Shown one piece after another: positions 18,408 to 26,754 of a DNA stretch of 64,000 nucleotides. Where the stretch lies: IMG/VR virus record IMGVR_UViG_3300029788_000344. One strand, 5' to 3'. Position 1 is the first letter of the stretch; the number at the start of each line of letters is the position of its first letter. The translations under genes and the position numbers were made by a program. Below the pieces are notes generated by a model. It saw only the letters and a program-made list of their open reading frames with translations, was not told where the DNA came from and ran no database searches. This DNA is from a virus.

Positions 18408-18605
18408 CTATCTTTTCTTATTCAACGGAACAAGGAGATTGCAATCTGCCATCTGATATACTGGAACACGCCTGCTTTTAGCGTACTTCAATATTTGAAC
18501 AGCGTTATGGCAACTCTCGCATTCCATCCATCCGTCGGTCTCATCTAAATCGAGACTCCTGTTGACTGTGCCGCAAATAGGGCATTTCACATCTTTTGCA
18601 TTCAA
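18408..18605 (-). CDS. Small zinc-ribbon protein (65 aa)
   Basis: The cysteine motifs are CPICG...CESCH. Confidence 0.4.
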   Translation of the reverse strand: MNAKDVKCPICGTVNRSLDLDETDGWMECESCHNAVQILKYAKSRRVPVYQMADCNLLVPLNKKR

Positions 18606-18639
18606 AACAACACATCTCCCATCGAATCAAGATTATTGT

Positions 18640-19254
18640 TTAGAGTGATTTGATTACGTGCCGAGCAACACCTTGTACCTGAAAGCTCCGCACCTTTATT
18701 GTTTTGCCAGGGTATCGAGCCTCGTTTTCGTATTCGAAGATGTAATACCCGCTGTCCTCGTCGTAGCCGGCATATCGCTTCAGCGTATTCTGGTTGTCCT
18801 CGTCCAGCGCAACGACTATATCCCCTTCGAGAGCAGGGCAATTGCGTTCGATAACAAGCAGATCGTCCTCGTCGATTCCGGCATCCACCATAGAATCGCC
18901 TTTGGCACGGAGAATGTAGAAATCTCCTTTGCCAAACATAGAGACCGGGAGGCTGACATACTCCTCAATCGACTCTTCCTCATCCTCCGGATTGCCGCAG
19001 CGAATAGAGCCTACTAACGGGGCGGATACATAGGCCGTTTTCATTTTGGCGCTCTGGGGAGCAGACAAGATACCTCTGCTGTAGTCAATCAGGTTGCGAT
19101 CACTCAGCTCCTGAAGGTAGCGATGCGTAGTGGATCTGGCAACGCCAACGCCTTCAGCAACATCGTTGATCGTAGGAGAACTGTGATGCTCCTGATAATA
19201 CTTGTTTACGAACTTCAATATCCTATCCAGAGTTTCTTGATTCTTTGTTCTCAT
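18640..19254 (-). CDS. LexA-like repressor with an S24 peptidase domain (SOS or phage-type autocleaving repressor)
   Basis: It has an N-terminal winged HTH, the serine motif GDSM and the lysine motif TLKRY of the S24 family. Start set at the MRTKNQ ATG behind AGAGG; the track ORF begins at 19293. Confidence 0.8.
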   Translation of the reverse strand: MRTKNQETLDRILKFVNKYYQEHHSSPTINDVAEGVGVARSTTHRYLQELSDRNLIDYSRGILSAPQSAKMKTAYVSAPLVGSIRCGNPEDEEESIEEYVSLPVSMFGKGDFYILRAKGDSMVDAGIDEDDLLVIERNCPALEGDIVVALDEDNQNTLKRYAGYDEDSGYYIFEYENEARYPGKTIKVRSFQVQGVARHVIKSL

Positions 19255-19273
19255 ATCAGCACCTCTGTTTCTA

Positions 19274-19292
19274 TATGGGATTTCAAATCCCA
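19274..19292. promoter_or_regulatory. 19-bp palindrome ATGGGATTTCAAATCCCAT immediately upstream of the LexA-like gene; candidate operator
   Basis: The perfect 9-bp arms are read from the sequence. It lies 20 bp upstream of the repressor start codon. Confidence 0.4.
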
Positions 19293-19468
19293 TAACGCTA
19301 TTATACTCAACTCAGGAAAAAATGCAAGAGGGTAACAGGAAGCCAAAAAGGAGGTGCAGCCAATCGGCTGCACCTCATATCTCTTCTTTCCTTTCAACGT
19401 TTTTCAATGTCCAATATCGATCACATAAACCTACTGGCATGGTATTGGACAAATACCGACATTAACTA

Positions 19469-19714
19469 TTAATAGTACTTCCACCCCTCAAATCCAGCGT
19501 TACCGGGATGGCCGTAAGCCTTTGTCATGCGACCGCTGTCATTGAGGTACAGATCATAGGTGTCGTGTCCCTTAGCTGCAGAGGACGGGAACAGCAGTTG
19601 GACATAGTCCCCGTGGTTTTTCATGATGCTGTAGTCATCCCACGTAATGTCGCATCCGTAACGAATCCACTCTTGAAGAGTCGGGAAATAATCCCTGGGA
19701 TTGAAATAAGCCAT
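19469..19714 (-). CDS. Hypothetical protein (81 aa)
   Basis: Coding-like amino-acid composition. No motif was recognised. Confidence 0.35.
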   Translation of the reverse strand: MAYFNPRDYFPTLQEWIRYGCDITWDDYSIMKNHGDYVQLLFPSSAAKGHDTYDLYLNDSGRMTKAYGHPGNAGFEGWKYY

Positions 19715-19810
19715 AGTTTTGAACTCCTTTCATTTTTGCGTTATTGTTTGTCGGTCGATCCGGCATCTCTTATATACGGGAAAGCGTTCTTTTTCTCCAA
19801 CGCTGACGCT

Positions 19811-20221
19811 TTATGCCGCTGTCTTCAGTTCTTCTGTATACGGAGCAAGTAGCTCGGTCTCGGCATAAGGAATGTCCCAAATAGTAAGTTGCCCTGGATA
19901 CTCCTCTGTGTTTGTTTTGCTTTTCTCGCTCTCACGCAGTTCAGCTTCCATTACGGCCAGGCTTTCTTCAGCAATAGCAAGGGCATCCATTATATCGGAT
20001 TCTCTGGAAAAGTATTCGGGCGGAGTGTACGCCACCAGGTTATCTCTGGAGAACCGACAACCCATAAAGCAATGTGCGGTAATTCCGTAGTTCCCTGTGG
20101 AGATATCCTCTAATCTGCTCCGCAGATCTTCAATTCTCCATTTTAGTTGCAATTCTGGTGATGGGTAGCTATGGTCTTCGTGATAGGTGCCTTCTATCGC
20201 CAGATTAGAATAGTAACCCAT
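19811..20221 (-). CDS. Hypothetical protein (136 aa)
   Basis: Coding-like amino-acid composition. No motif was recognised. Confidence 0.35.
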   Translation of the reverse strand: MGYYSNLAIEGTYHEDHSYPSPELQLKWRIEDLRSRLEDISTGNYGITAHCFMGCRFSRDNLVAYTPPEYFSRESDIMDALAIAEESLAVMEAELRESEKSKTNTEEYPGQLTIWDIPYAETELLAPYTEELKTAA

Positions 20222-20254
20222 TGATGTTAACCTCCTCTCGAATATAGTCTTTTG

Positions 20255-21376
20255 TCAGTTGGTCTTTAGATATGAACAAGCCTGCTCGTAGTAATCAACG
20301 ACGGACGCATTACTGTATTTTTCGGCATCGCGCTCAAGCCTCTGCGAGCTGTACATATAGTACGAGATGGCGGAGTCATCATCAGGAGAAATGTAGCTGC
20401 CGAACTCATCTTCGTATATCCCAGCGGTATCAAGAACCAGGAGATTGGCGTACTTTGTGGTATCGTCGTTGTATCTGATGGCCTGAAGGAGATTCACCTG
20501 ATAGTGTTGGTATCTGTGATAAATCTCATGGCAAAGAACCTGTATCACGGAGTAGCCACCCGCTTCGGAATCAACAACGTAGTTATACGAAAGAGTAACC
20601 ACATCTTTTTCGCTATCGTACTGCCCAAGTAGACCTTCTTCCAAGTAAGCCAGTTCTAAGGCTGGAGCAGAGTCCTGCATTCCCAGGTATCTGCACTCAA
20701 TACGAATTATGGTCTCCAATACCTCGATCTTTTCTTCAAGAGGCAGAGATCCCCATCCTCCATCGGGGTCAATCTTTGCTACTGTTGCAATGTTGGCGGA
20801 AAGAGAGTTCTCGTAGTCTGGAATGTCGTTATATGATTCTGACAGGCTATACGCGATATCGCTGTAGCTGATTGTATAGTGTGAGGCAATCAAGACCTTT
20901 CCGCAAATACAAGTGCCTAACAGCACCACACAACAGATAACTCGAGATGCACGGGCGGCTTTTGTAACGAACACTTCACGTCTGATGCGAATACGCTTAG
21001 CCTGGTTCACCTTCTTTACAGCCCAGATGAGCCCGACGGCAACCGAAACGAAGCACCCGGCAAGAATCATGATTCGGATTGCCAATGAATATCTCCACAT
21101 GCTAATTGCTTCGTATGCCAGCACGGGCATCAAGGTTCCACTTATCAGACTAACCCAGTTTCTTTCAGCCTTCCATGAAAGGACAAGACTGCTTAGGGCG
21201 AGGACGGCAACAATAATCACTAATACCCAAATACGGCTTCCATATACAGAGAATGTTGTAAAACACTTTGCATAGAGAAACGCAAGCACTATTTCTATCA
21301 TGGCGAACAATCGGACAAATTGCTCAAACGGAATCCGATTGTTTACGATTCTATTCTGCCTACTCCTTCCTTCCAT
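20255..21376 (-). CDS. Polytopic membrane protein with an extracytoplasmic HExxH metalloprotease-like domain
   Basis: The N-terminal half is hydrophobic with about 5 TM segments. The C-terminal domain has VLCHEIYH. Confidence 0.5.
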   Translation of the reverse strand: MEGRSRQNRIVNNRIPFEQFVRLFAMIEIVLAFLYAKCFTTFSVYGSRIWVLVIIVAVLALSSLVLSWKAERNWVSLISGTLMPVLAYEAISMWRYSLAIRIMILAGCFVSVAVGLIWAVKKVNQAKRIRIRREVFVTKAARASRVICCVVLLGTCICGKVLIASHYTISYSDIAYSLSESYNDIPDYENSLSANIATVAKIDPDGGWGSLPLEEKIEVLETIIRIECRYLGMQDSAPALELAYLEEGLLGQYDSEKDVVTLSYNYVVDSEAGGYSVIQVLCHEIYHRYQHYQVNLLQAIRYNDDTTKYANLLVLDTAGIYEDEFGSYISPDDDSAISYYMYSSQRLERDAEKYSNASVVDYYEQACSYLKTN

Positions 21377-21408
21377 CTATCTCACACCTTTCTCACGCTT
21401 ATGAATAC

Positions 21409-22377
21409 TCAGAAGATATTGAAGAAGACCGATACAACATCAAGGCCAATAAGCAGCCAAAGAATGACTTTTGAAATCATCGTAACGGAGAAGAAGCAGA
21501 AGCAAGCGTATCCTGGCAAACCGGCGCGAAGGAGCTTTTGGCGGCACTTTTTATTGGTGAGCCATTTTCTTGCCACTTCGCTGATGCTGTCAACTCCACA
21601 CATTGCACTCAACGATGATTCCCCATCAAGCCCCGATGCTGGCAACAGGTTTACACCGGCAAGGATGACGTTGACATTTGCGACGGAGAACATAGTCCGC
21701 GACCACTGATAAGACTGCATCGCTAAAATGAGACAAATCCCGGCCATAAGGAGATTGACTTCAACCCCAGCCAACGCAAACTGTATCTTCTCAGCTTTCG
21801 TTGCATCTTCCTTATCCTCGTGGGCTACATATGCTCCGAACGGAATAATACCGAGGAGAAGGATTCCAGTATCGCTGATTTTATACCCATACGCAACTCC
21901 CGCAACAAGGTGTCCCAACTCATGAAGTGCAAGGGATAAAACTATGAGGGCATAATAAAGCCACCAGCTGAAGCTGTCCCCACTCTCTGCACCTTCCAAT
22001 GCCGTTACATATACGCTAATCGCAAAGGCGAGAATGGATACTGCGGGAAGAGCGGCATTTAGTGCTTTGAAAACCAGCCTTCCGGCTTGCAGTCTATTGC
22101 CAATAGGAAACAGAATAAAGCGGTTAAAGAGGCCGTTATCTTGAACAAATCTGGAAGTCCGAACCAGTCCATGTCGCTTCAGCTTGGGAAGTATCCGGCG
22201 TCCATTGTCCGGCAGATCCAAAGGGCGAGTACCATCTGCCTTCAGGAGGGCATCCCATAGTCTGCGGCTGATTTCAAATTCCTCCCCATCAGCGTTTTCA
22301 ATGAAATAGTGGGTGGCATCGGAACCTTCATACTGGAAGGTTCCGATAGACACGCCCTCTTTAAGGACCGGATACAT
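21409..22377 (-). CDS. M50 (site-2 protease)-like integral membrane zinc metalloprotease
   Basis: The motif LALHELGHLVAG sits inside a TM helix. Further TM segments are present with a downstream conserved Asp region. Confidence 0.5.
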   Translation of the reverse strand: MYPVLKEGVSIGTFQYEGSDATHYFIENADGEEFEISRRLWDALLKADGTRPLDLPDNGRRILPKLKRHGLVRTSRFVQDNGLFNRFILFPIGNRLQAGRLVFKALNAALPAVSILAFAISVYVTALEGAESGDSFSWWLYYALIVLSLALHELGHLVAGVAYGYKISDTGILLLGIIPFGAYVAHEDKEDATKAEKIQFALAGVEVNLLMAGICLILAMQSYQWSRTMFSVANVNVILAGVNLLPASGLDGESSLSAMCGVDSISEVARKWLTNKKCRQKLLRAGLPGYACFCFFSVTMISKVILWLLIGLDVVSVFFNIF

Positions 22378-22391
22378 TGCGGATCACCTCT

Positions 22392-24233
22392 TTACGACGT
22401 TTTAATTGTTGCCTTTCCACCAGCGTTAGTAACATCCTTGGCAAATTTCACAGCTTCGCTTTTGGTGCTAAAAGCGATATCAACCGGGAACTGAGCCAGC
22501 CTTTTCGCTGCCTTTTCGAGGCTTTCTCCTGTTGCAGAGGCGATTACTCGTGCAATTCTCGCTCGATTGCTTTGACCTTCTGTGATAATCACGTGATGCT
22601 TCTTATCTGCTCCCTGCTTCTTCCGCTCTGCCTCTTCCTCAGCTTCGAGTTCAGCGATTTTCGCGTCAATCCTCGAAACCAGGCTGTCGATATCCATTGG
22701 CCCATCAGACCGCGCTTCTTCAAAAAAAGGGAAGCCTGTGGGAACCGCAGAAGTTTTCCGTTCAGCGGAAAAACCCGGAAGAGTGGACTCCATCTGCTTT
22801 TTCTTGATTTCCTTGACCATAGCTTCGAAATCAAGCGATTTGAACGGTCTCCCGCTTGCGGTGGGCTTATACTGAGGGGCTTTCCATTTGGAGTTATCGT
22901 ACATCTCATCGTAGAAAGGAAGATGAGCAATGAACTTATACTGGCTGTCCACCATAACCAGTGCAGTGCCGGTGGGCATTGCAGCCAACTGCGACGCCGT
23001 AATCAACTGTTCCTTGATGATATGACCGCTGTTCTCAATCTGCTTCTCTCCGCAACGCTGAGCCCACTCGGTGAGGGTTTCCCAGCTGTTAGTGGAAAAG
23101 CCGATTGTAATACCGATGCAGGAGTTGATCGTTTCAGCCTTGCTCTTACCGTAGACATCAACGAGCTGAGCGTTACTCTGAAGAACCAGCATCAGCCTCA
23201 TATTCCGGCTACGGCTAGCCACCATCAGATTGGGCAGAGAGGGGATGCTCTTACCAACCGAGCCAAGTTCCTCCAGGATGATGTTCACCCTGATCGGAAG
23301 CCGACCGCCTTTCTCCTGTGCAACACGGATAAGGTGCTGTGAAACCTGAGAGACGAGCAGACCTGAAAGAGCATCATACACGTCGGTTTCATCGGGGGTA
23401 ATGACCGTCAGAATGAAAGGACGGTTTACATCGATGTCCATAATGTTCAGCGTATCGTCGCTGAGCATTTCCATGAGACCTTTGCTGCGGCTGAAGACTT
23501 CGAGACCGGAGGCGGCCACACTGTGAATGGAAGCCCTCGTCTCGTTGGGAGCGGTAACATAGGTTGCGAGGTTGCGTTTGGCCAGAGAATCAAGGGGGAG
23601 ATGCTCGTAAAACTCCTTCAGGATAGTGTTACTGGGACCTCCAAAGCGAATCTCGGATTGTTCCATCATAACCGCAACACTGTCAAGATTGATGGTTTCC
23701 TTTCCTGCGGTCTCAAACAGCCCATAAGTCAATCCTTTCGCGTAATTCACGGAGGAGTCCGTCCAGAACTTGTCGGAATGACCGTCATAGGGATAAACGC
23801 CATTCCAAAGCTCGCTGAGCATGGAGCTTGCAATATCATTATCATCGGGATCTTTGGAGCAAAAGAGACGATACGGAGTACTCAGCGGGTTCCACTTGGT
23901 AGGGCTCTTGCGAGGGTTGCGGAAGTCAACGCAAAAGACCTGATAGTGTTCAGGAATGTAGCAGGCATTCTTTTTATAGCCCTCGCCTTTGGGGTCGAGC
24001 ATGATGAGGCTTTCCCCCTTTTTGAGGATCTCTCGCATATACGGAAGGCTGCAACACTGGCTTTTGCCCTTGCCGGTACGACCAATCACCGCAATGTGCG
24101 ACTCACTGTCATCAGAGTACTTCCTGCCGTTTTCGACATACACCACCGGACCGGCACCGTTCACTGGGTCCGTGGTTTCGTGAAACCTGCGTTTGATTTC
24201 GTTTACGGTATTCCAACGCTCACTTCTGCTCAT
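22392..24233 (-). CDS. VirD4/TraG-family ATPase (T4 coupling protein-like, soluble) with a ribosomal L7/L12 C-terminal-like domain
   Basis: Walker A reads AVIGRTGKGKSQCCSLPYM. The TraG-type Walker B region reads ILEELGSVGKSIPSLPNLMVASRSRNMRLMLVLQSNAQL..YG. No N-terminal TM segment is present. The C-terminus RIARVIASATGESLEKAAKRLAQFPVDIAFSTKSEAVKFAKDVTNAGGKATIK resembles the L7/L12 C-terminal domain. Confidence 0.7.
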   Translation of the reverse strand: MSRSERWNTVNEIKRRFHETTDPVNGAGPVVYVENGRKYSDDSESHIAVIGRTGKGKSQCCSLPYMREILKKGESLIMLDPKGEGYKKNACYIPEHYQVFCVDFRNPRKSPTKWNPLSTPYRLFCSKDPDDNDIASSMLSELWNGVYPYDGHSDKFWTDSSVNYAKGLTYGLFETAGKETINLDSVAVMMEQSEIRFGGPSNTILKEFYEHLPLDSLAKRNLATYVTAPNETRASIHSVAASGLEVFSRSKGLMEMLSDDTLNIMDIDVNRPFILTVITPDETDVYDALSGLLVSQVSQHLIRVAQEKGGRLPIRVNIILEELGSVGKSIPSLPNLMVASRSRNMRLMLVLQSNAQLVDVYGKSKAETINSCIGITIGFSTNSWETLTEWAQRCGEKQIENSGHIIKEQLITASQLAAMPTGTALVMVDSQYKFIAHLPFYDEMYDNSKWKAPQYKPTASGRPFKSLDFEAMVKEIKKKQMESTLPGFSAERKTSAVPTGFPFFEEARSDGPMDIDSLVSRIDAKIAELEAEEEAERKKQGADKKHHVIITEGQSNRARIARVIASATGESLEKAAKRLAQFPVDIAFSTKSEAVKFAKDVTNAGGKATIKTS

Positions 24234-25021
24234 TTCACTTCGCTCCTCTCTGCATTATTGTGCCAACTGGTAATCATAGATTTTAGGCTACTTTCGTCAA
24301 CAGTAGGGATGAAACCCGAGAAGTCGGCGAAATGGACAAGCGCATCAGCAGTGGTAATTGCGTCCTTAACGCTTGCAATACAGAACTCCGAAACCATATC
24401 TGTAAGCACGGCGCGGAATACATTTTCATGCTTGATCTCAATGCCATGCTCCTCAACCGTCTTGATAATCAAAGCGCAGATATCTTCCTTGGTATAAGGT
24501 TCGACTACGAGACGCTTGATGTTATCAACGGTTTCGCACAGCTTTTCCAGGAGCTTTTCTTCGTTCCTGTTGGGAGTCGTATGGACAAAGAAGATAACGC
24601 ATGCGTGCTCGCATACCCTCTTGCAGTTCTTCATGAACTCGGAAAGCTGAGTCTCACCGAGGTGAGCAGAGACACCGCTGATATCCATGCCGATAATATT
24701 GCAGTATTCGTTGGTATACACAGCGGCGGAGTCGATTGCGGCGAATGCCTGCTTGAGCTGCTGAAGAGAGCCATCAAAGGCGATTTCGATATAGTCATCG
24801 AGACCGCTGGTGAAGCTCAGGGCGCCTGCTTCCTTGTACTTGTCGGTCATGTATTCGACCAGAGTCGTCCTACCGGAACCGGGGTCGAGAGGAATGATAT
24901 AGTGCTTCGGGCGAAGGCCACACCTCTTATACATATGGGCATTGTTGCATGTACTCTCGATCTCTTTACAGGGGGTGGCAAGCCCAATGGGCTTAGTGAT
25001 GTCATAGTGTTTCATATCGTG
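24230..25021 (-). CDS. P-loop NTPase-like hypothetical protein
   Basis: The motif IIPLDPGSGRTTLVEYM is present. The stop overlaps the VirD4-like start (ATGA). Start set at the MKHYDITKP ATG behind GGAGGC; the track ORF begins at 25066. Confidence 0.45.
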   Translation of the reverse strand, partial: HDMKHYDITKPIGLATPCKEIESTCNNAHMYKRCGLRPKHYIIPLDPGSGRTTLVEYMTDKYKEAGALSFTSGLDDYIEIAFDGSLQQLKQAFAAIDSAAVYTNEYCNIIGMDISGVSAHLGETQLSEFMKNCKRVCEHACVIFFVHTTPNRNEEKLLEKLCETVDNIKRLVVEPYTKEDICALIIKTVEEHGIEIKHENVFRAVLTDMVSEFCIASVKDAITTADALVHFADFSGFIPTVDESSLKSMITSWHNNAERSEVK

Positions 25022-25028
25022 CCTCCAT

Positions 25029-25619
25029 TCACCATTCGGAAATAGGATCGCCAACCTTGTCCACAAGGCCGTATTTGAGAGCTTCTTCTGCGTTCATGAT
25101 GTTGTCGCGCTCGGTATCATTTTCGATCTTCTCGGAAGACTGTCCGGTACAATCAGAGAAAATCTTGTTGAGTTTCGCTCTCGTTTTGAGGATATGTTCG
25201 GCATGAATGCGAATGTCTGTGGCCTGACCGCTTGTTCCGCCAAGCGGCTGATGGATAAGAACCTCAGCATTCGGCTGGCACCAACGCTTACCCTTTGTTC
25301 CGGCGGCGGCCAGAAGAAAGGCTCCCATACTTGCCGCCATGCCGCAAGCGACAGTAACAACATCGCATCTCAATGTCTTCACGGTATCGTAGATGCTGAA
25401 ACCGGCGGAGACCGACCCTCCCGGACTCTGAATGTAGATTGTGATATCATCTTCCGAGTCTCTGGCAAGACACCTGAGGGCGGAGTTCATTACCGTGGCT
25501 ACGTCTTCATCGATTTCACCTGTGAGAGAAATCGTGCGATGGGCGAAGTCGATGTCCAAAGGCGCCAGCATCATGTCCTGACCATTGAGATTAACGGCCT
25601 TCTTCATCAGATAGTTCAT
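25029..25619 (-). CDS. clpP: ClpP-family serine protease (ATP-dependent Clp protease proteolytic subunit homologue)
   Basis: The catalytic Ser motif is [31 protein letters not shown], the His motif is LIHQPLGG, and the Asp region is [23 protein letters not shown]. The length is 196 aa. Confidence 0.85.
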   Translation of the reverse strand: MNYLMKKAVNLNGQDMMLAPLDIDFAHRTISLTGEIDEDVATVMNSALRCLARDSEDDITIYIQSPGGSVSAGFSIYDTVKTLRCDVVTVACGMAASMGAFLLAAAGTKGKRWCQPNAEVLIHQPLGGTSGQATDIRIHAEHILKTRAKLNKIFSDCTGQSSEKIENDTERDNIMNAEEALKYGLVDKVGDPISEW

Positions 25620-25822
25620 ACAATCAAACCCCCCTTATTCTTGCTCACACCCGTTAAGAACCGAGATTCCTGTTCGGACATCTGGTCCATGAGGATAATC
25701 TTCTTTTCAGGGACATAGATTTTCTTCTTTGCCGTAACGATCAGAAAGTTGGGCGATTCTTCAATGACCAAGTCCTTCAGCTCCATGTTCCCGATGCTCA
25801 TGATTCCTTCATAATTCTTCAT
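25616..25822 (-). CDS. Small hypothetical protein (68 aa), translationally coupled to clpP
   Basis: Start set at the MKNYEG ATG behind AAAGGATGA. The stop overlaps the clpP start. The track ORF begins at 26062. Confidence 0.35.
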   Translation of the reverse strand: MKNYEGIMSIGNMELKDLVIEESPNFLIVTAKKKIYVPEKKIILMDQMSEQESRFLTGVSKNKGGLIV

Positions 25823-25937
25823 TGTTCTCATCCTTTCTATCTTGTTGTCTCTGAATACGGAGACATCAAGCAAATCTCCACAAGAAGACATTGTTTGTTT
25901 TTGCTTACATCCATCAATACGGAAGATTACGAAAAAT

Positions 25938-25975
25938 CTCCAAAAGAAAAGAAGAGAGCGGGGTTGCTCTCTTCT
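25938..25975 (-). terminator. Rho-independent terminator (minus strand) separating two operons
   Basis: The stem GAAGAGAGC/GCTCTCTTC is 9 bp with a 6-nt loop. A T-rich tract (TTTTCTTTTGG) follows on the minus strand. It lies after the 26050-26754 gene. Confidence 0.5.
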
Positions 25976-26049
25976 CAGTTTCAGACAAAGCGGATGAGGA
26001 ACACAAAGAAATTCTGGAATGGATCGAAATCTAATTAAGTAGCATCCTC

Positions 26050-26754
26050 CTAGTTTCCCCACAGGGCGTTCCCGCCTGTGTGCCCGACAGAATGATCATC
26101 TTGTGATACTAGGTCAAAACTACCTGTTTCAGGATTGTGCTGCCATGTGAAACCCTCAGGCGTATATCCCTGCGGGTAATCCATTCTTTCCATTGCTCCA
26201 AAAGTTATGCCCTGCAGTTTTTCGGGACTATCATACATATGATCCTGAAAATCCTCTCTGCAGGCGCTGAACTGCTGGTGAAGGCTCATATCGTTCGCAG
26301 CACTTCCAAGTTCAACGTGGTGCTTGCTATCAAATTCGGGGAAAACCCCCTCGACAGATAGCCCATCGGTAAGCTCCGCTGTTCGTCTTTCAAACGAGAC
26401 GCCGTTTTCAGATTCAAGGCCATCGAGAGCCATGTTGCGGGTGGTTATTGGAATGGAGTTGCCTGGTACGAATTCACCTCCATCATAATGCCGCTCAATA
26501 TAATCGGCGGCTTTGTCAAAGCCATAAGAGCGAGCATAATCTGCTGCTTTTTCTGCTTCGGATTGAATATCACTGTCACCGAATGCTGACGTCAACGAAA
26601 GGTCTGGAGTAGCTCCAGCGCCGATGCTTTCAGCCGTGCCAATGTTGATATCATCTGTTTCTGCGGGATCAAAATCAGTCCAATCACTCGTCTCTGGCAC
26701 ATCGATCCCATCAGTTTCAGAAAATTCTGTTGATGTGTCATTGAATTCATTCAT
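26050..26754 (-). CDS. Acidic hypothetical protein (234 aa)
   Basis: The protein is D/E/T/S-rich (pI clearly acidic). It is the last gene of the long operon. No motif was recognised. Confidence 0.4.
   Translation of the reverse strand: MNEFNDTSTEFSETDGIDVPETSDWTDFDPAETDDINIGTAESIGAGATPDLSLTSAFGDSDIQSEAEKAADYARSYGFDKAADYIERHYDGGEFVPGNSIPITTRNMALDGLESENGVSFERRTAELTDGLSVEGVFPEFDSKHHVELGSAANDMSLHQQFSACREDFQDHMYDSPEKLQGITFGAMERMDYPQGYTPEGFTWQHNPETGSFDLVSQDDHSVGHTGGNALWGN

Noticed and set aside
22377-24497. Plus-strand ORFs of 321 and 324 aa opposite the VirD4-like gene
   Set aside because: They are shadow ORFs of a gene with unambiguous Walker A and B motifs on the minus strand.
25029-25619. ClpP as a phage prohead protease marking a prophage morphogenesis module
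   Set aside because: No capsid, portal, terminase or tail genes are recognisable nearby. The sequence is very close to canonical cellular ClpP rather than to divergent prohead proteases.
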